Shown: positions 38,925 to 48,166 of the stretch, one piece after another
Numbering within the stretch: the first letter of the stretch is position 1
Layout of the letters: every line of letters begins with the position of its first letter
From: Nitrospirota bacterium
GTDB taxonomy: Bacteria; Nitrospirota; Thermodesulfovibrionia; Thermodesulfovibrionales; BMS3Bbin05
Direction of reading: 5' to 3'
DNA: 64,000 bases
NCBI GenBank assembly: GCA_020351835.1
Contig: CP070669.1
Coordinates: 1,736,827 to 1,800,826 of the forward strand
Notes under the pieces: generated by a model
The model's database searches: none
The model's input: only the letters and a program-made list of their open reading frames with translations
Told to the model about the DNA's origin: nothing
Translations under genes and position numbers: made by a program

Positions 38925-40320
38925 TGTAATAATCATAGGTAGCGATCTCCAGTTTGATGAGAAGTTCAAGACGATCATTGCGGAATCTAATATTAATGCG
39001 ACCTCTTTCAAGACCATTTCACAGGCAAATAAGCATATAAAGGACGCATCAGCAATAATAATAACTAACGAGATGTCAGCCGATAAGGGGTTTGGAGAGT
39101 TCATAAGGAGAACGGAGGACATACCAAAACTGGTGGTTATGAAGGAATCCCCTATGAGAGGGTTGAACAAATGGACAAGATCTGACCTCATCTATCCGAT
39201 CCTTACTCCCTCACATAAGGAACTTCTTTTCTACATAAATAAAGCTATCGCCGACAGTGAGATTTATCATAAATACGCTGAACTGAAGAACGATTTCCTG
39301 ATCGCAAAGAATGACCTCGTCCTGTACGAAGAGATGAACAGGTCACTTACAGCATCCCTTGACCTTGACGAGATCATAGATAATTTCATGAAGCTTATAG
39401 TTGACAATGCTAATGCGAAGGAGTGGTCCCTTTATTTCTACGATGAAGAAGAGAAGGGGTTATTTCTTGAGAAGACCCATAGAAAGAGCCAGAAGAGATC
39501 AAAGAACGACAGACTGAAGCTCGGAGAGGGAATAGCAGGATGGGTCGCTCAGGAAGGACATCCGATCATAATACCTGACTCAAGCAGGGATAAAAGAATA
39601 AGCGCAAAATCAAAGAAGGAAAAAGTTATACAGAATAAATCGATCATCTGTGTACCACTTAAGAGCAAAGGAGACCTGATCGGGGTACTTGAGGTATTTA
39701 ACAAGAAAAAGAACGTGCCGTTCTCAAAACATGATCTTGATATTATTCAGAAGATAGCTGACTATGCGTCCATTGCTATAGAAAGAGCGTCGCTATACCA
39801 GAAGATGGCTGATCTTGCTATTACTGACGACCTGACGAAATTATTTAACTCCAGATATCTTAACAGGACAATAGAGATAGAGCTTACAAGATGTGAGAGG
39901 TACAATACCTCGGTATCATTGATATTCATGGACCTTGACTATTTCAAGGAGATAAACGACCAGCACGGTCATCTGGTCGGAAGCAAGGTTCTGGTTGAAC
40001 TTGGTCAACTACTTATAAAAGGCCTCAGATCAGTTGATATAGTTTCCAGGTATGGAGGAGATGAGTTCGTCATCGTGTTGCCTCAGACCTCTCCTACTGT
40101 CGCCACCGAAATAGCGGACAGACTGCGCATATCGATAAACAGGCATATCTTTCTTAAAAAAGATGGGCTCAACCTTAAACTTACGGCTAGTTTTGGTATT
40201 GCATCATATCCTGAAAGCGCTGGTTCAAAAGAAGAACTACTAAGACTTGCAGATGAGGCAATGTACGAGGTAAAGAACAGGACAAGGGACGGCGTCTACA
40301 CTATAAAAGCCTCTTCTTAA
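38917..40320 (+). CDS. Diguanylate cyclase with a degenerate receiver-like N-terminus and a GAF domain
   Basis: The motif [13 protein letters not shown] carries an RSVD I-site five residues upstream. A GAF-like block is present ([19 protein letters not shown]). The ATG overlaps the secA stop by 8 nt. Confidence 0.85.
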   Translation: MYNVIIIGSDLQFDEKFKTIIAESNINATSFKTISQANKHIKDASAIIITNEMSADKGFGEFIRRTEDIPKLVVMKESPMRGLNKWTRSDLIYPILTPSHKELLFYINKAIADSEIYHKYAELKNDFLIAKNDLVLYEEMNRSLTASLDLDEIIDNFMKLIVDNANAKEWSLYFYDEEEKGLFLEKTHRKSQKRSKNDRLKLGEGIAGWVAQEGHPIIIPDSSRDKRISAKSKKEKVIQNKSIICVPLKSKGDLIGVLEVFNKKKNVPFSKHDLDIIQKIADYASIAIERASLYQKMADLAITDDLTKLFNSRYLNRTIEIELTRCERYNTSVSLIFMDLDYFKEINDQHGHLVGSKVLVELGQLLIKGLRSVDIVSRYGGDEFVIVLPQTSPTVATEIADRLRISINRHIFLKKDGLNLKLTASFGIASYPESAGSKEELLRLADEAMYEVKNRTRDGVYTIKASS

Positions 40321-40363
40321 GGGGTTCCCTTTTTTATATGTTCAGTGTACAATAATTACAAAT

Positions 40364-42232
40364 ATGGCTCTTTTTAATTACGCGACAAAAGAGATCACTC
40401 TCAAGATAGTCTATTACGGACCAGGCCTCAGCGGGAAAACCACTAATATTGAATATCTACACTCGACGTTTGATCCTAAAAGCAGGGGAAAGCTTCTTTC
40501 ATTGTCCACAGAAGCTGACAGGACCCTCTTCTTCGATTTCCTTCCTGTCGAGATAGGAAAGATAAAGGAGTTCTCGATACGGTTCCAGCTCTATACTGTG
40601 CCAGGACAGGTACGGTACAACTCTACAAGAAAGCTTGTATTAAAAGGTGCTGATGCAGTTGTATTCGTCGCCGATTCGCAGGAGGCAATGAAAGAGGCTA
40701 ATATCGAGAGCTATCAGAATATGAAGGAGAACCTTTTAGAGAATGGCCTTGATATCAATGATATCCCTATTGTGTATCATTATAATAAGCGTGATCTTCC
40801 GGATATCCAAAGTGTCGATGCTATTAGCAGGGACATTAATCCTAACGGAGCATCATTTTTCGAGGGTGTTGCTATAGAAGGAAAGGGAGTAGAGGAGGCT
40901 TTTCAGGCCGTAACAAAACAATTACTTAAGCATATAGCCAGGAAGCACCGCATTGATCTCTCTTCGAAGGAAACGATGTCAGTTGAAACGCCGTCATTGG
41001 TCGAAGAGGAGGTTATTGAGGAGCTATCGCCCCTGGAAGCCATTCATGCAGATGAAATGGGCATGGAAGCTGAGGAGACAGTCGAAGCTGGTATCTTTGA
41101 AGGTGAGGGCTCATCTTTGGAGGAACTTCATGCCGAAGTAGTAAGTGATATCGATGAAGATGAGGCAGTGGAAGCAGACATATTCGAACCGGGTACTGGA
41201 TCAGATGAGATCAATGACGTACCTTCACTTGAGGAACTTCAGGAAAAGATGGCCCGTGAGTTGGAGGATGATTCGACAGCGGATGCAGAGGCCGTCCTGT
41301 CAAAAGGAGCTGACTTTGAATATGAAGGTGAAGACGATGCATTCGTCCTTGAAGAACCTTCTATTGATGATACAGCTGGATCAAGTTTTGATGACGGATC
41401 AGATGACATAGATCTGGTGAGCTCTGAGTTCGATGATACACCTACCGAAACAATGGATGACCTGCAGGACCAGGAAGAGGTCATGGAGAGCTCAACTATC
41501 GAAGACAGGGATGAAGAGATGTCCTTTGAGATACCTGAAGAACCTGCTGAACAGGAACCTGACAATGTCATAGAAGAAGAGCCTGAGCAAGAGGATGAAT
41601 CTATTGAATCCATTTATAAGGCATTTATGACCGAAGAGGAGGAAGATACGGGTGATGTAGCCGAGTCAACGCCTGAGCCTGATTTCACTCCACCTCCCCC
41701 TATAGTTGAAAGTACTCCTGAAGTCAAACCTAGTCCTTCCGAAGAGATCGAGATCACACTTCCTGAAGGGTCCGAGGAAGAGGAACCGGCCTTTGAAGAA
41801 CCTGAAACTGAAGCAGTTGAGTCAGCTGAGTTCAATGACTTCAGTAGCGCTATATCCGAAATGGAGCGTGAGAAACCTGCACAAGATACCCGTTCTGAAA
41901 AGTTATCGCCTGTATCCGGGGAAACCGGCATATCTGAAGCAACAAGGAACGTTATCCTCGATGAGATCAACGCTCTTTCCAAGAGCGTAGGTAAAATGGG
42001 TAGTGCTATGTCTTCCTTTAAGTCCGAGCTTAGCGTACTGGCGGACAGGATAGCTGACATTGAAAAAAGCATATCTTCGATAAGTGAACAGGCGGACGAA
42101 ATAAAGGAAGCGGTCGAGAACGGATCGGCCAGTCCCGGGATGTTAACAAGCCAGACCCTCGAGACGATAATGCAGTTGAAAAGCAGTATAGATAAGGCAA
42201 AAAAGAAGAAGTTCTGGTTATTTTTCAGCTAG
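40364..42232 (+). CDS. MglA-like Ras-superfamily GTPase fused to a long acidic low-complexity C-terminal region
   Basis: The first roughly 190 aa closely follow the MglA pattern (KIVYYGPGLSGKTTN, STEADRTLFFDFLP, LYTVPGQVRY, YNKRDL). The remaining roughly 430 aa are D/E/S/P-rich. A coiled-coil-like end terminates in KAKKKKFWLFFS. Confidence 0.8.
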   Translation: MALFNYATKEITLKIVYYGPGLSGKTTNIEYLHSTFDPKSRGKLLSLSTEADRTLFFDFLPVEIGKIKEFSIRFQLYTVPGQVRYNSTRKLVLKGADAVVFVADSQEAMKEANIESYQNMKENLLENGLDINDIPIVYHYNKRDLPDIQSVDAISRDINPNGASFFEGVAIEGKGVEEAFQAVTKQLLKHIARKHRIDLSSKETMSVETPSLVEEEVIEELSPLEAIHADEMGMEAEETVEAGIFEGEGSSLEELHAEVVSDIDEDEAVEADIFEPGTGSDEINDVPSLEELQEKMARELEDDSTADAEAVLSKGADFEYEGEDDAFVLEEPSIDDTAGSSFDDGSDDIDLVSSEFDDTPTETMDDLQDQEEVMESSTIEDRDEEMSFEIPEEPAEQEPDNVIEEEPEQEDESIESIYKAFMTEEEEDTGDVAESTPEPDFTPPPPIVESTPEVKPSPSEEIEITLPEGSEEEEPAFEEPETEAVESAEFNDFSSAISEMEREKPAQDTRSEKLSPVSGETGISEATRNVILDEINALSKSVGKMGSAMSSFKSELSVLADRIADIEKSISSISEQADEIKEAVENGSASPGMLTSQTLETIMQLKSSIDKAKKKKFWLFFS

Positions 42233-43710
42233 CCCACTTCGTTTAATGTTTTAATAAGGGCCTCTGCCTTCTTTAAGGTCTCAAGGTACTCTTTTTCAGG
42301 ATCTGAATCGGCAACGATCCCGGCACCCACATGAACATAAGACCTTTCGTCTTTACATACAAAAGTTCGAATTACAATGTTCATATCCATTATCCCCGAA
42401 TAACCTATATAACCTATTGATCCCGTGTACGGTCCTCTTTTTACGGGTTCCAGTTCGTCTATGATCTCCATACATCTCACCTTGGGGACTCCGGTTATCG
42501 TACCGCCAGGGAAGGTAGCCCTGACCAGGTCGAAGCAGTCCTTATTTTCTGCCATTCTCCCCTTGACGTTAGAAACGATATGAATTACGTGAGAATAGTC
42601 CTCCGTTATCATAAGCTCATCAACCTCAACCGTTCCATAATCACATACTTTACCTATATCATTCCTTTCCAGGTCGATCAACATTATATGCTCAGCTCTT
42701 TCCTTCTTGTTCAGGATCAGCTCACGTCTCATCCGTTCATCCTCTCTATGATCTCTTCCTCTCGGTCTAGTCCCTGCTATTGGTCTTGTATCCGCTATCC
42801 CGTTCCTCAGCCTTACTAACCTTTCAGGGGATGAACTCACTATAACGTAATCTCCAAGGTCTGCATAGGATGCAAACGGAGAGGGATTTATCTCAAACAA
42901 TTTCCTGTACATGTCCCAGGTATCCGTTCCCCCCATATCAGCTGATACTCTCTGCGACAGGTTAGCCTGAAATATATCTCCGGCTCTTATATATTCTTTG
43001 GCTCTTTTAACCATATCAACGTAGTATGGCCTCTCCATCTCGTAGAAGATCTCTTTGCCGTTCTTACTACGTGACCGCATCTCTGGTACCACGATATTCT
43101 CTAACCTCTTTAGAACATCCTGTATCTCCTCAACTGCACGGTCATAAGCTAATGAAAGGTCTATATCGGATATGTTGTCAGTGAACGCTCTCTCCCTGGC
43201 TCCCGGACAGATAACTACCCAGGCTTTTTTCAGCTTTTGATCAAAGGATACGACCTTATCAACTATAAGAAAGTGAGCATCAGGTATCAAGAGGTCATCC
43301 TTTACAGTAACAGGCAGCCTTTCAAAATAATGAACAAAATCATAACTGATAAGACCTATTGCACCGCCCTGAAAGGGCGGGAGTTGAGGATCGTTCAGCT
43401 GATCATAAGCACCAAGAATCTTTCTTAGCTTCGACAAAGGTCTTTGGAATGATATAGTTCGTTTGCCGTTTATTATCGTTTCTACCCTTCCGTTCTTCAC
43501 TTTTAATTCCATATACGGATCAAATGTGATAAATGAAAATCTTGAGATGTGCTCGGGCCCTTTCCCGCTCTGAAGAAGTATGGTCTTTGCGTTCCTGAAG
43601 GCAGAGTAGATATAAGCAGGATCACTATAATGCACCTCCACAGATAAAGGGGGGATAGGTCCGCCGGCACATCTGGCAAGGAACTCTTTTTTAGAAATGT
43701 ATGATCTCAT
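42229..43710 (-). CDS. Chorismate-utilising enzyme, component I (anthranilate or aminodeoxychorismate synthase)
   Basis: The blocks FQANLSQR, SSSPERLVR, IAGTRPRG, PGGTITGVPK and GAGIVADSDPEKEYLET are present. No glutamine amidotransferase partner lies adjacent. Confidence 0.85.
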   Translation of the reverse strand: MRSYISKKEFLARCAGGPIPPLSVEVHYSDPAYIYSAFRNAKTILLQSGKGPEHISRFSFITFDPYMELKVKNGRVETIINGKRTISFQRPLSKLRKILGAYDQLNDPQLPPFQGGAIGLISYDFVHYFERLPVTVKDDLLIPDAHFLIVDKVVSFDQKLKKAWVVICPGARERAFTDNISDIDLSLAYDRAVEEIQDVLKRLENIVVPEMRSRSKNGKEIFYEMERPYYVDMVKRAKEYIRAGDIFQANLSQRVSADMGGTDTWDMYRKLFEINPSPFASYADLGDYVIVSSSPERLVRLRNGIADTRPIAGTRPRGRDHREDERMRRELILNKKERAEHIMLIDLERNDIGKVCDYGTVEVDELMITEDYSHVIHIVSNVKGRMAENKDCFDLVRATFPGGTITGVPKVRCMEIIDELEPVKRGPYTGSIGYIGYSGIMDMNIVIRTFVCKDERSYVHVGAGIVADSDPEKEYLETLKKAEALIKTLNEVG

Positions 43711-43726
43711 TAAACGAAGGGATCTG

Positions 43727-44446
43727 TCACACCGACATTACTTCAAGGGAAATGAGCTCAACGGCATTAAGTGGATCATCGTGGCCTAATATACCTCTTC
43801 CCACAACTATATAATCTGCCCCGTTCTTAAGTGCATCCTTGGGCGTCATCGTCCTTTGCTGATCATCGGGCGGGCTCCATGAAGGCCTTATCCCCGGTGT
43901 AACAACGATGAAGTCATCACCGCAATGCCTCTTGATCATGGAAGCCTCATGACCCGAGGCCACAACACCGTCAAGGTTACATTGCTTGGCTAAAGATGCA
44001 AGTTGCTTTGCATGCGTCTTGATAGTGTGCGAGAACCCGAGCTCTCCTTTGAACTGGTCCTGTGAGATACTGGTCAGAACTGTCACTCCGATGACCTTAG
44101 GTCTGTCAAGGTTCTCCTTCAGGCATACTTCAACCACCCTTTCTTGGCATCGCTTCATCATCTCTGACCCGCCGGAAGTATGCACATTGAACATATACAC
44201 GCCCATTCTTGATGCTAATTCGGCGGACCTTAGCACTGTATTAGGAATATCATGGAACTTGAGATCGAGAAATATCTTTTTACCCTTATCGCCTATCTTC
44301 TTAACTATATCGGGTCCGCCAGCAAGGAACAGCTCAAAGCCTATCTTGAACACATTGACCCATTCACCCAGCATATCGACGGTCTCGATGGCTTTCGAAG
44401 GGTCTGGCATGTCAAGTGCCAGTATCAGTTTGTCCTTTAATTGCAA
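43727..44446 (-). CDS. pyrF: Orotidine 5'-phosphate decarboxylase
   Basis: The blocks LILALDMPD, IFLDLKFHDIPNT and YIVVGRGI are present. Confidence 0.9.
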   Translation of the reverse strand: MQLKDKLILALDMPDPSKAIETVDMLGEWVNVFKIGFELFLAGGPDIVKKIGDKGKKIFLDLKFHDIPNTVLRSAELASRMGVYMFNVHTSGGSEMMKRCQERVVEVCLKENLDRPKVIGVTVLTSISQDQFKGELGFSHTIKTHAKQLASLAKQCNLDGVVASGHEASMIKRHCGDDFIVVTPGIRPSWSPPDDQQRTMTPKDALKNGADYIVVGRGILGHDDPLNAVELISLEVMSV

Positions 44447-44522
44447 ATCAGGCCCCCATATATGATAGGATCCAAGCCTTTTTGATTTAACTTATTTCAG
44501 GCACATTTGTCCATCAGGCCTG

Positions 44523-45836
44523 CTAGCGTCCGAACGATATCAAAATGTATAGTCTGTTGATATTGTCCGGCTCGCTCAGTGCAGCCTCCCTGAAGTTCTC
44601 ATAAGTCCCTCTGTCCTGATCGGCCAATTGTATCTTACTTGCAGGAATATCGCTGTGCTCAAGAATGAAGTCCCTGATCCTTTCTTCACGCTTTGAATCA
44701 AGTTTAACATTCTCAGCCGTTACATTCGAATCAAATGAGTAACTTACTATATCAACACTTCGAACCTTCCTGTCGGATGCATATGATATCAACTGAAGAA
44801 GGAGATCGAAGGATTCGCTTACGATATCATCCGTACCTGCAGGAAAATGTATCATTAACTGAGCACCTTCATGGATAATATGAACCTTATCTCCTGATAT
44901 ATCTTCAAGCACTGCAGGGGGTGCCGCTATTACCGTAGGCACATCTTTGGTCATCTCGACATCTTCGATAACCACTGTGTCTTTGGTTATATCAGGCCGC
45001 GTTTCCTGCACAGCCATTTCCTGATCGCTTATCTCTTCGATGGTCTCTTCCTCTCTGATCACCTCAGGCCTGGTTTCCTTTGTAGCGATCACTTCATCCT
45101 CTATTAAACCTGCCTTCTCTACGGCCTCTTCAGCATCAGCTACAGGGACCTCACCGGAAACCTCTTCCTGCTTTATCCTTTCCTCTTCATCTTCATCATC
45201 ATAGTACCTGGCCAGTGGTTCACTGAAGCGGGTGGGCTCTTCCTCACCCGGTAAAGGTGAAAGCATGTCAAAGGCCATCATAATGCCTATCGTCCCACCA
45301 TAGTTATGCTCCCCTCCATCCACGGTATAATAATCATGAAAATCTATCTTTACCGAATAGGTTTCGTCTATGAAATACCTGAATCCTATCCCGCCATTAA
45401 CAGTGAACTTGCTCTCATTGTTCACAAGATCGGTGTTAAAATTTCCGCCACCTACACCAAGAGAGAGATATGGTACAAAATCCCTGTCAGAGAATGGATA
45501 TAATAAGGCACTCAGCGACAGGAAAGTAGCGTTCGGAACATTTGCGTCATAATCAAGCGTTGAAAGCAGTGACAACTCGATGCCGACATGCTCGTTAACA
45601 TTGTACCCCAGGTCCAATCTGCCGGAAAATCCGTCATCACTGCCCAGGTCTTCATCGATCATCATATAACCAAGCGAGAACCCTGCCTCACCCGTCTTAG
45701 CCCTAAGATCTGCATTACAATGGGCTACTTCTACAACCAGACTATAGATGACGAATAGTGCGATAAATAAGAACATGCGGCTATAGGATGTTCCCGCAAC
45801 ATAGCGACTAAATCTTCTAGAAATAAGGCTGGTCAT
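44523..45836 (-). CDS. OmpA-like outer-membrane protein: 8-strand-type beta-barrel, acidic linker and a divergent OmpA_C-like domain
   Basis: The N-terminal barrel pattern matches the paralog at 45985. The central region is E/D-rich. The C-terminus reads IHFPAGTDDI...SVDIVSYSFDS...KLDSKREERIRDFIL...NRLYILISF. The start is uncertain (Met1 or Met21). Confidence 0.6.
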   Translation of the reverse strand: MTSLISRRFSRYVAGTSYSRMFLFIALFVIYSLVVEVAHCNADLRAKTGEAGFSLGYMMIDEDLGSDDGFSGRLDLGYNVNEHVGIELSLLSTLDYDANVPNATFLSLSALLYPFSDRDFVPYLSLGVGGGNFNTDLVNNESKFTVNGGIGFRYFIDETYSVKIDFHDYYTVDGGEHNYGGTIGIMMAFDMLSPLPGEEEPTRFSEPLARYYDDEDEEERIKQEEVSGEVPVADAEEAVEKAGLIEDEVIATKETRPEVIREEETIEEISDQEMAVQETRPDITKDTVVIEDVEMTKDVPTVIAAPPAVLEDISGDKVHIIHEGAQLMIHFPAGTDDIVSESFDLLLQLISYASDRKVRSVDIVSYSFDSNVTAENVKLDSKREERIRDFILEHSDIPASKIQLADQDRGTYENFREAALSEPDNINRLYILISFGR

Positions 45837-45942
45837 TTAGAGCGTATTATATCACAAAATCTTTTAAATCTACATATTTATTAAATTTCTATATGGTATT
45901 TTGTAAATATTATCCGCGATAATATTTACCCTGTTGCGTGAG

Positions 45943-45971
45943 TTGACTTAATCACAAAAATGAACTATCAT
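45943..45971 (+). promoter_or_regulatory. Sigma70-like promoter for the 45985 OMP gene
   Basis: TTGACT lies at 45943-45948 and TATCAT at 45966-45971, with a 17-nt spacer. An AGGAG SD and the GTG start at 45985 follow. Confidence 0.45.
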
Positions 45972-45984
45972 TAGGAGTTTGTGA

Positions 45985-46821
45985 GTGTCGATTATTATGA
46001 AAGTTAAACTTTTGATTATAGGCATCCTCACTTTCTTTCTGCCTTATTATCAGGCTGCAGAATGCGGTGCAAAGATACGGGAGATGACCGGAGAAGCAGC
46101 TATTTCGGTCGGATATATACTACTTGATGATGAGCTTGGAAGCAATGACCGCTTTTTCACCAGAATAGACCTCGGCGCAAATCTGACCCACAAGTGGGGC
46201 TTCGAGGTATCTCTCCTGAACTCTGTTCATTCACTTGCCAGGGTTCCTGACCTTACTTTCTATAATGTGAGTGCCGTATATCATATCATGGAAAAAGCTA
46301 ACAGATCCCCTTACGTTGTAATGGGCTTGGGGGCCGGTAATTTCAATACAGATAAGTTGAACAATGAGAGCAAGTTCAATGTCAGTGTTGGTGGTGGCGT
46401 TAAATGGTTCCTGGAAAGGGACCTGGCATATAAGATAGACCTTAGAGATCAAATAATCGCTGATGATCTTTCTCATAATATTACTGTATCTTTCGGCATA
46501 ATGTACCTTTTTGACCTGTTCGAGACGGAATCGCCATCAGTAATAGAAGAAGAGCCCGAACCTGAAGAAATGCCTGAACCAATAGAAGAAGTGCCGGCTG
46601 CACCTGTCGAAGAAGAAAAGGAACCTGAAGTAGTGATAGACATGCCGGAAGAGGAAGTTGTTTTTGAAGAAGTTCAGGACGCGGCTGAAGATGAGATAGT
46701 GATGCCTGAACCGGAAGAAGAGCCCGAAGAGGATGAAGAAGAACCTGAAGAAGTGCCTCCACCACCACCGCCGGTTAAGAAACGTGTGCCCGTTGAAGAG
46801 GAGAACAAATGGTTAAGGTGA
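45985..46821 (+). CDS. Outer-membrane beta-barrel protein paralog with a Glu/Pro-rich C-terminal tail
   Basis: It has a signal peptide and shares barrel blocks with 44523-45836 (TGEAAISVGY..DDELGS, GLGAGNFNTDKLNNESKFNVSVGGG, FGIMYLFD). The tail reads EEPEPEEMPEPIEE...PPPPPPVKK. Confidence 0.6.
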   Translation: MSIIMKVKLLIIGILTFFLPYYQAAECGAKIREMTGEAAISVGYILLDDELGSNDRFFTRIDLGANLTHKWGFEVSLLNSVHSLARVPDLTFYNVSAVYHIMEKANRSPYVVMGLGAGNFNTDKLNNESKFNVSVGGGVKWFLERDLAYKIDLRDQIIADDLSHNITVSFGIMYLFDLFETESPSVIEEEPEPEEMPEPIEEVPAAPVEEEKEPEVVIDMPEEEVVFEEVQDAAEDEIVMPEPEEEPEEDEEEPEEVPPPPPPVKKRVPVEEENKWLR

Positions 46822-46950
46822 TAATAGTACCTATATCTCAATGAGTTGGACCCACCTGCGTTATTCGTTACAATGTGGCATATTTTTTTTCATACTGATA
46901 AAATATCATCCTGTATTTCTTGTTAGCTTAGCAATGTACAAGCATTTGAT

Positions 46951-47274
46951 ATGAAGAAGAACCGCATTCTAATAATAGCATTATCAATTTGTATCATTTC
47001 AATATCAGTCATTTACATGGCCGATGCTCCCGAAGGTGCAGATCTTTTCAGGAGCGAAGGGTGCATCGAATGCCATACTATCAATGGCCGGGGAGGAAAG
47101 ATAGGTCCGGACCTTACCTCTGTGACAGAAAGAAGAAGTGCCGGCTGGATCAAAGATCAGATCAAAGAACCTAGATCACATAATCCTTCTTCCCGGATGC
47201 CTGGTTTCAGCCATTTATCGTGGATGGAATTGCGTGCACTGACAGGGTATCTTAAGGAACACAACGGAAAGTGA
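46951..47274 (+). CDS. Membrane-anchored or secreted class I c-type cytochrome
   Basis: It has a single CIECH heme motif after an N-terminal hydrophobic segment. A distal Met candidate lies in SRMPGF. Confidence 0.75.
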   Translation: MKKNRILIIALSICIISISVIYMADAPEGADLFRSEGCIECHTINGRGGKIGPDLTSVTERRSAGWIKDQIKEPRSHNPSSRMPGFSHLSWMELRALTGYLKEHNGK

Positions 47275-47277
47275 TGT

Positions 47278-47544
47278 CTAGCCGGGAGGATCCTCTTCAG
47301 CAAGTTCCGCCTCTATCTCCTGCTTAACTTCCTCGACGATCGTGTCTATTACCTTTAATGATTCCCTGGCCATGTCACGCTCGACCTTCTGAAGCGCAAA
47401 TCCGGCATGTACAAGCACATAATCACCAACCTCGACCTCAACCGGCATAAGCATGAGGTTTATGTCCTTTCTGGCACCATAAACCTCTATCTTGGCTTTC
47501 ATACCGTCCATTTCGATTATCTTTGAAGGTATCGCGAGACACAC
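47278..47544 (-). CDS. hypC: Hydrogenase assembly chaperone HypC/HybG
   Basis: The N-terminus is MCLAIPSKIIEMDG, and the block GDYVLVHAGFAL is present. Confidence 0.9.
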   Translation of the reverse strand: MCLAIPSKIIEMDGMKAKIEVYGARKDINLMLMPVEVEVGDYVLVHAGFALQKVERDMARESLKVIDTIVEEVKQEIEAELAEEDPPG

Positions 47545-47551
47545 GGTCCGG

Positions 47552-48076
47552 TCAGCTCCTTTCCCAGAAGTTCTTCTGCATAGATGCCATCTCTTCTTCA
47601 GAGACCGGCTCAGGAACGTACCCGAGGGACTTCAGTTCATCTATAACAACATTCACAAGTTTCTCAAAACTGGCCTGGACCTCATCTGTCAGCTCAAGGC
47701 CCAGGGATATCTTTTTGGGTTCGACACCGAACAGTACCATATTCAAAGGCAGTTCATCGGATACGGTTGCCGCAGCCAGTACATCAGAAAGTCCAAGCTG
47801 GTGAGGAGATATCTTTGTCATGAACTTGGCCGGGACATCCTCCCCCTCCAGTCTGACTACAGTTCCGGGTTCTTTTCCGCACTTTAATGCGTCAATAATG
47901 ATCAGATGGTCCCTCTTACTGATATATGATAGAAGTTCGATACCGGAAGTACCCCCGTCAAGGAACTCGACATCATCACCGAACCTGTACCGTCTCTCTA
48001 TCTCATTAACGACCCTTACACCAACACTGTCATCGGTCATGAGCACATTTCCTACACCTAGAACTAGAACTTTCAA
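47552..48076 (-). CDS. hybD: Hydrogenase maturation endopeptidase (HybD/HyaD family)
   Basis: The blocks VLVLGVGNVLMTDDSVGVRV, IIIDA and HQLGL are present. Confidence 0.9.
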   Translation of the reverse strand: MKVLVLGVGNVLMTDDSVGVRVVNEIERRYRFGDDVEFLDGGTSGIELLSYISKRDHLIIIDALKCGKEPGTVVRLEGEDVPAKFMTKISPHQLGLSDVLAAATVSDELPLNMVLFGVEPKKISLGLELTDEVQASFEKLVNVVIDELKSLGYVPEPVSEEEMASMQKNFWERS

Positions 48077-48119
48077 TTTGTGACCCCTTTGATCAACGAT
48101 TTTCTAATACTGGCATATA

Positions 48120-48147
48120 CCGGCCCCCTGAATCAACAGGGGGCCGG
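48120..48147 (-). other. GC-rich intra-operon stem-loop between hybC and hybD
   Basis: A perfect 11-bp stem forms as CCGGCCCCCTG-aatcaa-CAGGGGGCCGG. It lies 20 nt after the hybC stop and no U-tract follows on the minus strand. Confidence 0.6.
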
Positions 48148-48166
48148 ATAAGCGGAAGGTTATGTA

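Noticed and set aside
41239-42072. Two long Ser-rich minus-strand ORFs (124 and 152 aa), plus other-frame plus-strand ORFs inside the GTPase gene
   Set aside because: They are shadow ORFs created by the GAA/GAT-rich acidic low-complexity coding region on the plus strand. They have no start context and a composition-driven sequence.
46481-46768. A 95-aa Leu/Gln-rich minus-strand ORF
   Set aside because: It is the antisense shadow of the Glu/Pro-rich tail of the 45985-46821 gene.
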